This document shows positions 29,927 through 40,387 of a stretch of DNA of 64,000 bases, piece by piece. The DNA lies in NCBI GenBank assembly GCA_964628885.1, contig CAZVMP010000001.1:43459-107458 (forward strand), read 5' to 3'. The DNA is from an uncultured Gammaproteobacteria bacterium. Lineage in GTDB: Bacteria; Patescibacteriota; Microgenomatia; UBA12405. Every line of letters starts with the position of its first letter. Position 1 is the stretch's first letter. The notes beneath the pieces are model-generated. The model was not told the origin of the DNA and ran no database searches. It worked only from the letters and a program-made list of their open reading frames with translations. The position numbers and the translations under genes are program-made.

Positions 29927-31246
29927 ATGTCAGAAAATCAAAATGACTTAGTCGCCAAAATCACTAGTCTCTGTAAACGGCGAGGAATTATTTTTCAAAA
30001 TTCAGAAATCTATGGTGGTATTCAAGGTTTTTATGATTACGGCCCTATTGGTTCTCTAATGAAACTAAATTGGAAAAATCTTTGGTGGCAAGACAATGTT
30101 GTCCGTCGACGCGACATCGTCGGTATCGATGGTTCTATTATTAGCCATCCTACCGTCTGGCAAGCCTCTGGTCACGTCAAAAATTTTGCTGATGTTATGG
30201 TTGAGTGTAAATCGTGTCACAAACGTTTCCGACCAGACCTCCTTGATGATCCCACCAAATGTCCTGAATGTGGTGGTCAATTTACTGAGGGAAGAAAATA
30301 TAATATCTTGTTTGAAACCGAAATTGGAGTCATTGAAGGTGAAAAAATTCATACCTATCTTAGGGGAGAAGCTTGTCAAAATATTTATCTTAACTTCAAG
30401 AACATTATTGATTCTACTAGAATTAAAATTCCTTTCGGTATTGCTCAAATTGGCAAGGCTTTTCGCAATGAAATTACCCCAAAAAACTTTCTTTATCGTA
30501 CTCGAGAATTTGAACAGTGGGATATTCAATATTTTGTTCACCCTTCAGAAATGGATAAGTGGTATGAATATTGGAAAGAAAATCGAATGAATTGGTATAA
30601 ATCCATTTTTAATAACCCCAACAATCTTCGTTTCCGTCAACACCAAAAAGATGAACTTGCCTTTTATGCTCAAAAGGCTTTTGACATTGAATATAAAGCT
30701 CCTTGGGGTTGGGCTGAAACAGAAGGAATTCATTGGCGATCCGACTATGACCTTGCTCAACATACTAAATTTAGTAAGCAAGATCTCTCTTATACTGACC
30801 CCGTCAGTCATGAAAAATACCTTCCTTGGATTACTGAAACCTCTGGTGGAGTCGACCGAAGCTTCTTTTTTCTCCTACTCGATGCTTACCAAGAAGAAAC
30901 TACTCCTAACGGAGAAATTCGAACCTACCTTAAAATTAATCCCAAAATTGCTGCCTACAAAATAGCTGTTTTACCATTAGCTGCCAACAAACCAGAATTA
31001 ATCACCCAAGCCGAGACTATTTTTAAAAACTTAAACACTAAATATGCTACCGATTGGGACGATAGTAGTAACATTGGTAAAAAATATCGCCGTCAAGACG
31101 AAATTGGTACTCCTTGGTGTTTAGTTGTTGATTATCAAACCTTAGAAGATAATACCGTTTCTATTCGTGACCGCGATACTATGAAACAAATCCGTCTAAA
31201 AATCAGTGAAATTGACACTTGGTTAGAAAAAAAGTTATATAATTAA
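29927..31246 (+). CDS. glyQS: Glycine--tRNA ligase, alpha2 type
   Basis: LCKRRG, DYGP, QIGKAFRNEI, REFEQ, IGKKYRRQDEIGTP. Confidence 0.95.
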   Translation: MSENQNDLVAKITSLCKRRGIIFQNSEIYGGIQGFYDYGPIGSLMKLNWKNLWWQDNVVRRRDIVGIDGSIISHPTVWQASGHVKNFADVMVECKSCHKRFRPDLLDDPTKCPECGGQFTEGRKYNILFETEIGVIEGEKIHTYLRGEACQNIYLNFKNIIDSTRIKIPFGIAQIGKAFRNEITPKNFLYRTREFEQWDIQYFVHPSEMDKWYEYWKENRMNWYKSIFNNPNNLRFRQHQKDELAFYAQKAFDIEYKAPWGWAETEGIHWRSDYDLAQHTKFSKQDLSYTDPVSHEKYLPWITETSGGVDRSFFFLLLDAYQEETTPNGEIRTYLKINPKIAAYKIAVLPLAANKPELITQAETIFKNLNTKYATDWDDSSNIGKKYRRQDEIGTPWCLVVDYQTLEDNTVSIRDRDTMKQIRLKISEIDTWLEKKLYN

Positions 31247-31250
31247 TAAT

Positions 31251-31949
31251 ATGAATAAACTCAAAATTATCTTCATTGCCTCTTTAATTATTCTTTCTTC
31301 GATAATTTTTGTCAGTTGTCGTAAAAAAAAGACCGAAACTACTATAGAAATTAAAGATGAAACTCCAAAAGAATTAATTTTAACCGACGATGATAAACCT
31401 ATAATTTCATTAATTCCTAGAGAAGATGGTCATGAATTAAAATTAAAAGTCGACAAAATTCCCTCCATAATTAATCAGGTTGAATATGAACTTATTTATT
31501 CAGCCAAAGATAATGGTTTAGAAATGGAAAAGGGAATTGGTGATACTGTCAAGCTAACTTCAAACAGTTTTGAAAAAGATTTACTCTTAGGAACCGCCAG
31601 TTGTACTAACGGATGTAAATATAAATTTGATGAAGGAGTTGTTGGGGGTGTTCTATCGCTTACTTTTTATACTACTGACAATCAAACCGCTCTTTTTGAA
31701 GCTCCCTTTACTCTGTCAAACTCTGCTGATATTAAAAAAGCTGGGGGACTCTCTTTAGACTTAGAAGATTTTTCCATCAACGCCGTTACTACTACTAAAA
31801 ATGATTTCTTTATTCTTATTAAGAATTATCGCCCTTACTACTCTGTTTTTTCCAATGGTAATGGAGCTGCTAAAATAACCAAAATATTACCAGAAACTGT
31901 TACTAAAGAAAATACTACTAGTCTTATTGGAGATTATTTAATAAACTAA
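31251..31949 (+). CDS. Hypothetical exported or lipoprotein
   Basis: Hydrophobic N-terminus ending FVSC; LLLGTASC..GC motif. Confidence 0.7.
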   Translation: MNKLKIIFIASLIILSSIIFVSCRKKKTETTIEIKDETPKELILTDDDKPIISLIPREDGHELKLKVDKIPSIINQVEYELIYSAKDNGLEMEKGIGDTVKLTSNSFEKDLLLGTASCTNGCKYKFDEGVVGGVLSLTFYTTDNQTALFEAPFTLSNSADIKKAGGLSLDLEDFSINAVTTTKNDFFILIKNYRPYYSVFSNGNGAAKITKILPETVTKENTTSLIGDYLIN

Positions 31950-32824
31950 TGAATTTTCACCGTCCGGTTTTACTTCAAGAAGCCGTCGACGCTATTTCTG
32001 TTAAACCAAAAGGTATTTATATTGATGCCACCTTAGGGCATGGAGGTCATACTCTAGAAATTATTAAGCAGGGAGGCATTGTTTATGGTTTTGACCTTGA
32101 CCCTGCCAATCTACAAATCGCCAGTAATCGAATTAAGGCTGAAAACCTATCTCAAAATTTTTTCCCTGTAAATCAAAATTTTAATCAAATAAACACCGTT
32201 GTTAAACAAAAAATTAAATCAAAAATAGATGGTTTAATTGCTGATCTTGGCTTAAGTCAAAATCAACAAACCGGTTCCAATCGAGGATTCTCCTTTAATG
32301 ATTCTCAATCTCTGGACATGCGCCTTAACCCTACCACTCAACTATTAACAGCAGAAGAAATTATTAACACCTATTCTTTTGACCAGTTATTTGAAATTTT
32401 TTCTAAATTTGGTCAAGAAATCTACAGTAAACCAATTATCTTAAAAATCATTAAAGAAAGACAAAAATCTTCTATTAAGACTGGTACTAAATTAGCCAAT
32501 ATTATTAGGGATTATTACCAAAAATACCATATTAAATCTAAAATTGACCCCGCTACTAAAATATTTCTTAGTCTCCGTATAGCTGTCAATCAGGAATCTC
32601 AAAATCTAATTCAATTGCTAAATCAAACTCTTGATATTGTTAAACCTGGTGGTCAAGTTGCCATTATTACTTTTCATTCTGGTGAAGACCGGTTGGTTAA
32701 ACAATTTATTAACAAACATTCCAAATCGATTGTAAAACAAAAACCTATAAAACCGTCTTTATTAGAGATAAAAACTAATCCTTTATCTCGCTCAAGCATC
32801 CTTAGATCATATAAAATAATTTAA
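31949..32824 (+). CDS. rsmH: 16S rRNA m4C1402 methyltransferase
   Basis: HRPVLL, DATLGHGGH, RGFSF, LDMR, LRIAVNQE, TFHSGEDR. Confidence 0.93.
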   Translation: MNFHRPVLLQEAVDAISVKPKGIYIDATLGHGGHTLEIIKQGGIVYGFDLDPANLQIASNRIKAENLSQNFFPVNQNFNQINTVVKQKIKSKIDGLIADLGLSQNQQTGSNRGFSFNDSQSLDMRLNPTTQLLTAEEIINTYSFDQLFEIFSKFGQEIYSKPIILKIIKERQKSSIKTGTKLANIIRDYYQKYHIKSKIDPATKIFLSLRIAVNQESQNLIQLLNQTLDIVKPGGQVAIITFHSGEDRLVKQFINKHSKSIVKQKPIKPSLLEIKTNPLSRSSILRSYKII

Positions 32825-33078
32825 TGTCTAAAATATTTTCTAGCATCATTATTATCAGTCTCATTATTCAAATTATTTTCTCTTTTTTCTATTCCAGTAA
32901 TATTGTTACTCAAAATAATCAACTTGATATTTATCAAAAAGAAGCTGATCTACTACAATTAGAAGTAGAATCCGCCTGGAAACAAATTGCTGACCTAACT
33001 TCAATTAAATCTCTTACCCAAAGCACCCCTTCAGCTAACCTCCAACCAATTACTAAATCTATAAAAATTGACTTTTAA
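32824..33078 (+). CDS. FtsL-like small bitopic coiled-coil protein
   Basis: TM plus coiled coil; lies between rsmH and the PBP gene. Confidence 0.55.
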   Translation: MSKIFSSIIIISLIIQIIFSFFYSSNIVTQNNQLDIYQKEADLLQLEVESAWKQIADLTSIKSLTQSTPSANLQPITKSIKIDF

Positions 33079-34727
33079 TGATTCAACGTTACCGTATTTT
33101 ATTATTTTCATTTATTGCTTGTTTCCTGGCCGTTATTACCAGGCTTTTTTATTGGCAGGTGATTAAAGGCCCAGAATTAAAAGAAAAAGCTCTCAGTCAA
33201 ACTTACAAACTAGAAACTAAAAATCCTACCCGAGGACAAATTTTTTCTTCAGATGGTTTCCCGCTTGCTCTCAACCAAACAGCTTATCGTCTTTCACTTT
33301 ATAAACCCAATATGACTGAAAACATCGAAGATATTATTAATCAGATCGACTCTATCAATCTAGGATTTATTGATAATAATCCAAACCTTAATAATTTTAA
33401 ATTAAACCCTGATCAAAAATGGATTGATTTACCTACAAATTTTTCTGAATCAGAAAAAAATCAGCTTAACAAAACAGACGGATTAATTTTTAAAAAATAT
33501 AATTTAAGATATTATCCAGAAAATGATTTAGCCTCAAATATGTTAGGATTTGTAGCCAATGATGACTATGGCTACCAGATTGGGTATGGCGGATTAGAAT
33601 CATATTACAACAAACAATTAACCGGTAAAACCGGATTTACTTGGTCTCCACAAGACGCTACTGGTAAAACTATTCTTACTAAAAAGAGTTGGAGTTCTTC
33701 TACTGTTGATGGTCGCCATCTTCTTACTTCTATCAACCGAAACATTCAATATTACGCTGAAAAAGAATTGGCTTCCGGAATTGATAAATACCAAGCAGAT
33801 TCCGGTTCTATTATTATTATGGAAAGTAAAACCGGCCAAATAGTTGCTATGACCAGTCAAACTGGTAAAAATATTGCCACTCCTAGTGCTTCAAGAAATC
33901 CAGCCATAGCAGACCTATTTGAACCCGGATCAATCTTTAAACCTATAGTCGTAACTATGGCCCTCGATCAAAAATCAATCACCCCAGATTATATTTGTCA
34001 CAATTGCTCCCAACCGCTCACCATTGGCCAATATACTATTAATAATTGGGATAAATCAACTCATCCTGAATCAACCCTCAAAGAAGTTATTAAAAATTCT
34101 GATAATATTGGCATGAGTGATATTATTAGCCACCTAGGTTTAGAAAACTTTCTCAAATATTATCAAAGTTTAGGCCTTAATCAAAAAACTGGTATTGACC
34201 TTCAAGGAGAATCTAAACCAACAGTAAAAACTAATTGGCCAGAAATTGACTTAGCCACAGCTTCATTTGGGCAGGGGATTGTTGTTACTCAAATCAACAT
34301 GCTTCAAGCTTTTAATACTATTGCCAATGATGGCATATTAATCGGCCCAAGAGTTGTTACCTCATTTTCCGATAACCTTAATCAAACTTATCCCGCTAAA
34401 TCTCCCAAAAGTTATCGTGTTTTTCAAACTGATTCAGTCTCTGAAATGAAGTCAATTTTAAAATATGCTGTTGAAAATGGAGCTGTTTCTATTTTCAAAC
34501 CAAAAAATCTTGAAGTTTGTGCCAAAAGTGGTACTGCTCAAGTTGCTGTCAAAGGCGGCTACACCGACTCAGCCACTATCGGCTCATATATTGGATTCTG
34601 GCCCTGTGATCAAGCAAAGTTTACTATGATTGTCACTATTAATAATCCTAAATCAGCCCAATGGGGATCAAACACCGCCGCTCCTATCTGGTTTGAAATG
34701 GCTTCAAAAATTAATGGTTTGCTATAA
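33078..34727 (+). CDS. ftsI: Class B penicillin-binding protein (FtsI-like)
   Basis: EPGSIFK (SxxK), SDN, KSGTAQ; dcw position. Confidence 0.88.
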   Translation: MIQRYRILLFSFIACFLAVITRLFYWQVIKGPELKEKALSQTYKLETKNPTRGQIFSSDGFPLALNQTAYRLSLYKPNMTENIEDIINQIDSINLGFIDNNPNLNNFKLNPDQKWIDLPTNFSESEKNQLNKTDGLIFKKYNLRYYPENDLASNMLGFVANDDYGYQIGYGGLESYYNKQLTGKTGFTWSPQDATGKTILTKKSWSSSTVDGRHLLTSINRNIQYYAEKELASGIDKYQADSGSIIIMESKTGQIVAMTSQTGKNIATPSASRNPAIADLFEPGSIFKPIVVTMALDQKSITPDYICHNCSQPLTIGQYTINNWDKSTHPESTLKEVIKNSDNIGMSDIISHLGLENFLKYYQSLGLNQKTGIDLQGESKPTVKTNWPEIDLATASFGQGIVVTQINMLQAFNTIANDGILIGPRVVTSFSDNLNQTYPAKSPKSYRVFQTDSVSEMKSILKYAVENGAVSIFKPKNLEVCAKSGTAQVAVKGGYTDSATIGSYIGFWPCDQAKFTMIVTINNPKSAQWGSNTAAPIWFEMASKINGLL

Positions 34728-34741
34728 TTAACTCATTCAAA

Positions 34742-36040
34742 ATGTGGCAAAAAATTAAAAATAAGTTCTTTCATTTACCCAAAAGCATCTTTTATAGTCA
34801 TTACTATCATCAACCCTCTAAAAAACTAACTTTAATTGGAGTTACTGGTACCGACGGTAAAACAACCACCTCGATTCTCTTGTATGAAATCCTTAAAGCA
34901 TCAGGAATAAACACTGGAGTTATTACTACTATCGGAGCTAAATATGGTAATGAAGAAATTGACACTGGTCTTCACATGACCAGTCCAGACCCTTCAATTA
35001 TTCATAAAATATTTAAAAAAATGGTTGATGCCGGGATTACTCACGTAGTTTGTGAAATTACAGCCCATGCCTTAGACCAATTCCGCTACTATGGTTGTAA
35101 TTTCGAAGTTTCTGTTATTACTAATACCTCCCATGAACATTTAGATTATTTCTGCAACATGAAGAATTACATTGAAACCAAAAGTTTAATTTTTTCTCAA
35201 TCAAAAATTTCTATCTTGAACCGAGATGACGCTTCCTACCAAATTATTAAAAACAGTCTTAAAGAAAAGTCTTATCTTACTTATAGTGTTAAACATAAAT
35301 CAAATTACCAAGCCAAACACATAACCCTAACTCCTAAGTCTTTAACTTTTAGTGTTAATAAATTGGATTTTAAAACTGATAGTCCTTATTATTACCAAAT
35401 CTATAACATTCTGGCTGCTATTGCTGTAACTGATCAACTAAAAATTGACCTTAAAAATATCATAAAAATTGTTAAAAAATTTCCCAGTACTAAAGGTCGT
35501 CGCGAAGAAGTTGTTAACCAATTAGATATATTAACTCTAATTGACTTTGCTCATACTCCAAATGCTATTAAAAATACTCTCTCGTCTCTTCAACAAATAC
35601 GCCAAGGCCGAATTTTAACTATATTCGGTGCCACTGGCGGTAGAGATCAAACTAAGCGCCCAATTATGGGCTCTATTGTCTCCAAATTAGCTAATATTGC
35701 CTTCATCACCGCCGACGACACTAGAAACGAAGATATTAATCAAATTAATAAACAAATAATTAGTGGTATCTCCAAAAATTCAATTTTAATAGACTATCAA
35801 CAACCAATCAATGAAATTAAAAAAATAATCAAAAATAATCAAGATAATTTTATTTACTTTAATATTCCTAATCGTCAAGACGCTTTTAATTTAGCCATTA
35901 GCCTAGCTCAATCCAAAGACACTATTATTGCTATGGGTAAGGGTCACGAAACTACTATTCTTGAAGGAAACACTGAATATCCTTGGTCAGAAGCTGATGC
36001 TTTTAGAACCGCTTTTAAATTACGACAATCAAATGCCTAA
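34742..36040 (+). CDS. murE: MurE-like Mur ligase (lacks the N-terminal domain; DDTR specificity motif)
   Basis: GVTGTDGKTTT, EHLDY, DFAHTP, FGATGGRD..KRP.MG, GKGHE. Confidence 0.88.
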   Translation: MWQKIKNKFFHLPKSIFYSHYYHQPSKKLTLIGVTGTDGKTTTSILLYEILKASGINTGVITTIGAKYGNEEIDTGLHMTSPDPSIIHKIFKKMVDAGITHVVCEITAHALDQFRYYGCNFEVSVITNTSHEHLDYFCNMKNYIETKSLIFSQSKISILNRDDASYQIIKNSLKEKSYLTYSVKHKSNYQAKHITLTPKSLTFSVNKLDFKTDSPYYYQIYNILAAIAVTDQLKIDLKNIIKIVKKFPSTKGRREEVVNQLDILTLIDFAHTPNAIKNTLSSLQQIRQGRILTIFGATGGRDQTKRPIMGSIVSKLANIAFITADDTRNEDINQINKQIISGISKNSILIDYQQPINEIKKIIKNNQDNFIYFNIPNRQDAFNLAISLAQSKDTIIAMGKGHETTILEGNTEYPWSEADAFRTAFKLRQSNA

Positions 36041-36641
36041 ATATAATCTCCAAAATCAATTACCTCCTCAAAATAATTACGCCCAAGGATGGCTTCCTCA
36101 AAGAAATCAAGCTGATTTTTGGTATTTTGATACCAGTTGTCGTTCAAATCTAAGCAGTTTTCAACTAAGCTCTGAAAATCGTCGAATTCTTAATAAAACT
36201 CAAAGTTTTAATTTTCAAAAAATATCTCTTAAACAATTTCAATTCACCTCTGATGTTAAAAAACAAATTTTAAATTGGATTAAACAACTTAATTGGAATT
36301 TTCCTATAAGTTCAGTTAAAAATATTTTTACTAATCATATTTTCAACTATCTATATATCTGGAAAAACCAAGAAAATGAAACCGTTGCCTACTCAATTTG
36401 TTATTTTTCCAACAATCTTAGCCACATAGCCTATGTTTTTTATAATCCAGAATATAGTCATGGAAATCTTCCTATTCGTTTAGTATTACAAACTATTATT
36501 GATAGTCATGATTTAGGCCTGAATTATTGTTATTTGGGTCGATTTTCTAAATCACAAAGTTATTACAAAAGAAATATGCCAGGTTTTGAATATTTTCATA
36601 ATCATCAATGGTTAAAATATGACAAATCAAGCCCAATCTAA
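36033..36641 (+). CDS. ATE/Bpt-like aminoacyl-tRNA-dependent transferase (GNAT/Fem fold)
   Basis: QGWLP, R....F.LSSENRRIL (ATE_N-like); YVFYNPEY, GLNYCYLG, YYKRNMPGFE (ATE_C-like); ATG overlaps the murE end. Confidence 0.65.
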   Translation: MPKYNLQNQLPPQNNYAQGWLPQRNQADFWYFDTSCRSNLSSFQLSSENRRILNKTQSFNFQKISLKQFQFTSDVKKQILNWIKQLNWNFPISSVKNIFTNHIFNYLYIWKNQENETVAYSICYFSNNLSHIAYVFYNPEYSHGNLPIRLVLQTIIDSHDLGLNYCYLGRFSKSQSYYKRNMPGFEYFHNHQWLKYDKSSPI

Positions 36642-38016
36642 TACCCATATTCACATTTTAGGAATAGCCGGTACTATGACCGCACACTTGGCCGTTGCCT
36701 TAAAGCAAACAGGAATTAAAGTTACTGGTTCTGACCAACCTAAAATTTTTCCCCCTATCAGCACCACCCTTAAAAAAGCTGGAATTAAAATTAACATTAC
36801 CGACATTGACCATCATATAGATCAAGCCATCATTGGTTCATCATATAATTCATTTGAAAATACTAAAGAAGAATTTAAGCTCATAAAATCCCAGAAAATC
36901 CCTTATTTGTCAGCCACTAAATATATTGCTCAAAATATTGTTAAATCAAATTCGATTATTGTTGCTGGAAGTTTTGGTAAAACTTCTATTACTAGTCTTT
37001 TAGCTTGGATTTTTACTAAAACCAAACTAGCCCCTAGTTATATGTTTGGTGGCACTCCTAAAAATAAATTTCCTCCTATTAAAATTTCTAATTCAGATTG
37101 GTCAATTGTTGAAGGAGATGAATCTATTCATGGCCTAGATCGAACTGCCAAATTCCTTTATTATCAAACTAAATATCTTCTCATTACTAGTGCTGATTGG
37201 GAACATAAAGACTCTTACCCAGATTCAGCTTCAAATTTTAATGCTTTCAAAAAATTGGTTAAAAAATTACCTCCCGATGGGATTCTTTTAATTAACCATC
37301 AAAACCCATTGGCTTTTAAATTAAGCCAATATTCCCCGGCTAAAGTAATTACTTACAATACTCCTCATTCAGATTATTTCTTAGAAAAAATAATTCCTCA
37401 AGAAAATTTTACTCGCCTAATCATTCATACCCCATCAGGATTAATTAAAGTTGATACTACCTTAATTGGTCAATTTAATTTTGAAAATATTCTTGCCGCT
37501 GTCGCCATGAGTGACTGTCTTAATATTAGTCCTAAAATAATTTCTAAATCTATTTTTTCATATCGTGGTGTCAAGCGCCGTTTAGAGTTAGTAGCTAAAA
37601 CTAAAAATATCTTATTTTTTGATGATTTTGCTCAATCCAGCAATCGAATTAAATCAACTCTCCAGGCTCTACACTCACACTATCCTCAAAAAAAAATTCA
37701 GGTTCTCTATCAACCTCATGCTTCCTTTAATCAATATAAAAGTAGCTTGACTCAACTCAAGGACTCTTTTAATTTAGCTGACAAAATAGTCTTACTTAAA
37801 CTTAAATTTAATCATAATATCGATAAAAAAAATCGAAGTACTGCTAAAGATTTTCGTGACTATCTCGGATCAAAAATAAATTATCTCCCTCTCAAGAGAC
37901 AAGTTATACAGTATTATAAAAACAGTTTGACATCAAATGATATTTTAGTTTATATGAGCTCTGGAGGACTTGAGGGTAGTCAAATTTTTAAATCAATTAT
38001 TAATTTATTCAAATAA
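36619..38016 (+). CDS. Divergent MurC/Mpl-like Mur ligase
   Basis: HIHILGIAGTM (Mpl-like), AGSFGKTS, VEGDE, GVKRRLE, DDFAQS, YQPH. Confidence 0.8.
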   Translation: MTNQAQSNTHIHILGIAGTMTAHLAVALKQTGIKVTGSDQPKIFPPISTTLKKAGIKINITDIDHHIDQAIIGSSYNSFENTKEEFKLIKSQKIPYLSATKYIAQNIVKSNSIIVAGSFGKTSITSLLAWIFTKTKLAPSYMFGGTPKNKFPPIKISNSDWSIVEGDESIHGLDRTAKFLYYQTKYLLITSADWEHKDSYPDSASNFNAFKKLVKKLPPDGILLINHQNPLAFKLSQYSPAKVITYNTPHSDYFLEKIIPQENFTRLIIHTPSGLIKVDTTLIGQFNFENILAAVAMSDCLNISPKIISKSIFSYRGVKRRLELVAKTKNILFFDDFAQSSNRIKSTLQALHSHYPQKKIQVLYQPHASFNQYKSSLTQLKDSFNLADKIVLLKLKFNHNIDKKNRSTAKDFRDYLGSKINYLPLKRQVIQYYKNSLTSNDILVYMSSGGLEGSQIFKSIINLFK

Positions 38017-38020
38017 CATA

Positions 38021-39349
38021 ATGTCTAGATACATAGTCACTGGCGGAAAAGAATTAACTGGCGAAGTCTCTATCCGCGGAGCCAAAAATGCCAGCTATAA
38101 ACAAATAATTGCTTCTATTTTAAGTCCTCAAACTACTCAGCTAACTAATATTCCTAAGATATCTGACATTAAAATAACTGAAAGTATTGCCAAAAGCCTC
38201 GGAGCAACTATTAATTACTGTGGTGAACACTGTTTGGAAATTACCACCCCAAAAATTACCAGCTCAATTGTACCTGCTGGTACCGGTGAAAAATCAAGAA
38301 CCTCATTTATGTTTTCCGCTCCATTATTAGTCAGAAGCGGCCAAGCAATAGTTCCTACTCCTGGTGGTGATAAACTTGGCGCCAGACCACTAGATCGTCT
38401 ATTTGATTGTTTTAATAAAATGGGAATCACTACCGAAGTTACTGACACCCAAATAAAGTTTAATACCGACAAGATTAAAGCCGTCCATTACACTTTTAAT
38501 AAACCCTCCCACACTGTTACCGAAACACTTATTATGACTGCCGCCCTAGCCGATGGAGAAACTATTCTTGACAATTCAGCACAAGAACCAGAAATTGATG
38601 ATCTTATCTTAATGCTTAATGATATGGGTGCTAATATCCACCGCAATACAAGTGACCCTAAAAGAATAATTATTAACGGCGTTCGTCAACTTAAAGGTAC
38701 CAATCACCAAATTATTGCCGACAGAAATGAAATTGTTACTTTTGCCTGCGCCGCTCTAGCCACTAAAGGATCGATTAACATCCTTCGCAGTAGCCCAGAA
38801 ATTGTCCAGACTTTTTTAAATACTATTGAGACCATGGGAGCAAAAATTATCCCTGGTAGAGACGAAATTACAGTTTCATGGGTTAAGCCTCTAAAAAATA
38901 TTGATATTGTTACCGGACCAGAACCTGAATTCATGACTGACTGGCAAGCTATTTTTTCCATCCTATTAACTCAAACTGTCGGTTGCAGCACCATTATCGA
39001 AAGAGTTTATCCTTATCGTTTTCAACATATTGATAATCTTAAAAAAATGGGAGTTAAAGCATCTTTCTTTAATCCAAAAATTGATAATCCTAAAACTTAT
39101 TATCAATTTAATCCCGAAAGTGATAAGCCAGAATACTTCCATGGTGTCAAAATTTATGGCCCTAATAAATTAAAACCAGCCAATTTTGTTATCAATGACC
39201 TTCGAGCAGGAGCCTCAACTACCCTAGCTGCTCTTACCGCCCAAGGAACCTCAATTATTGATGGAGTTGAGTATATCGAAAGAGGATATGAGAAATTAGC
39301 TGAAAGACTTTGCTCTCTAGGTGCTAACATAAAGTATATAAAAACATAA
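38021..39349 (+). CDS. murA: UDP-GlcNAc 1-carboxyvinyltransferase (Cys-to-Asp variant)
   Basis: GAKNA, PGGDKLGARP, TDWQ, DLRAGA, ERGYE. Confidence 0.93.
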   Translation: MSRYIVTGGKELTGEVSIRGAKNASYKQIIASILSPQTTQLTNIPKISDIKITESIAKSLGATINYCGEHCLEITTPKITSSIVPAGTGEKSRTSFMFSAPLLVRSGQAIVPTPGGDKLGARPLDRLFDCFNKMGITTEVTDTQIKFNTDKIKAVHYTFNKPSHTVTETLIMTAALADGETILDNSAQEPEIDDLILMLNDMGANIHRNTSDPKRIIINGVRQLKGTNHQIIADRNEIVTFACAALATKGSINILRSSPEIVQTFLNTIETMGAKIIPGRDEITVSWVKPLKNIDIVTGPEPEFMTDWQAIFSILLTQTVGCSTIIERVYPYRFQHIDNLKKMGVKASFFNPKIDNPKTYYQFNPESDKPEYFHGVKIYGPNKLKPANFVINDLRAGASTTLAALTAQGTSIIDGVEYIERGYEKLAERLCSLGANIKYIKT

Positions 39350-39352
39350 TTT

Positions 39353-40387
39353 ATGATTCATCTATATCTTGGGTTACTACTATTTTCTTTCTTAATCACT
39401 AGTATTTTAGTTATTCCCTTCATAAACATTCTTTATAAACTAAAATTCCAACGTCGAAAACAACAGACTACTGATTTTTTAAACAAAAAAACCCCTATCT
39501 TTGATAAATTTCACAATAATAAAACCGGCACTCCAGTTGGCGGCGGAGTTTTAATAATTATTACCGTCACCGCTCTCTTTTTTATTCTTTTCCCTGTCGT
39601 TAAATTTTCTAAAATATTTATTTCCTCTAACTATAAAATTGCCAGCGAAATATCAATCTTGTTTTTTACTTTTATTAGTTTCGGACTTCTTGGATTATAT
39701 GATGATATTTATAAGTTCTTTGGCTTTAAACAAACCGGTTTCTTTGGACTTAGAATGAAGCATAAATTCATGCTTCAGACATTTCTTTCTCTAATTGTTT
39801 CCATGGCAATATACTTTCAATTAAAAATTGATTTCATCTATATCCCTGTCTTAGGAATCCTTAGATTAGGCTGGTTTTTTATTCCTATATCAACTATTAT
39901 AATTACTGGTTTTGCCAATTTTTTTAATATAACTGACGGTCTTGATGGGTTATCTTGTGGACTATTAATGATTGCTTTATTTGCTTTTTGGATCCTCTCT
40001 AACACCTCTCTGGACACCCCTATCTCTATTTTTTTGTCACTTTGGATTGGTTCTTTAATTGCCTTCTTATATTTTAATGTTTACCCTGCCAGAATTTGGT
40101 TAGGGGATGTTGGCGCCCTCTCCTTTGGAGCCACATTTGCCGTCATTGCTCTTATGTTAGGTAAAATAGTTCCCTTAATCATTGTTGGGTCTCCATTTAT
40201 TATTGAGGGAGTAAGCAGTGCTATTCAAATAATTAGTAAAAAATATTTCAAAAAGAAAATCTTTCCTGCGGCCCCAATTCATCTAACGCTACAAAGCCTT
40301 GGTTGGGAAGAACCTAAAATTGTTACTCGTGCTTGGTTAGCTGGAATTATTTTAGCAATCTTTGGATTATGGTTGGGACTAAACTAA
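39353..40387 (+). CDS. mraY: Phospho-MurNAc-peptide transferase
   Basis: KTGTPVGGG, DD, NITDGLDGL, PARIWLGDVG, APIH..GW.E. Confidence 0.93.
   Translation: MIHLYLGLLLFSFLITSILVIPFINILYKLKFQRRKQQTTDFLNKKTPIFDKFHNNKTGTPVGGGVLIIITVTALFFILFPVVKFSKIFISSNYKIASEISILFFTFISFGLLGLYDDIYKFFGFKQTGFFGLRMKHKFMLQTFLSLIVSMAIYFQLKIDFIYIPVLGILRLGWFFIPISTIIITGFANFFNITDGLDGLSCGLLMIALFAFWILSNTSLDTPISIFLSLWIGSLIAFLYFNVYPARIWLGDVGALSFGATFAVIALMLGKIVPLIIVGSPFIIEGVSSAIQIISKKYFKKKIFPAAPIHLTLQSLGWEEPKIVTRAWLAGIILAIFGLWLGLN

Noticed and set aside
30065-30965. Several 88-164 aa alternative-frame ORFs
   Set aside because: Shadows within the well-conserved glyQS; the same applies to small ORFs inside ugd, galE, metK, murA, ftsZ, ileS and polX
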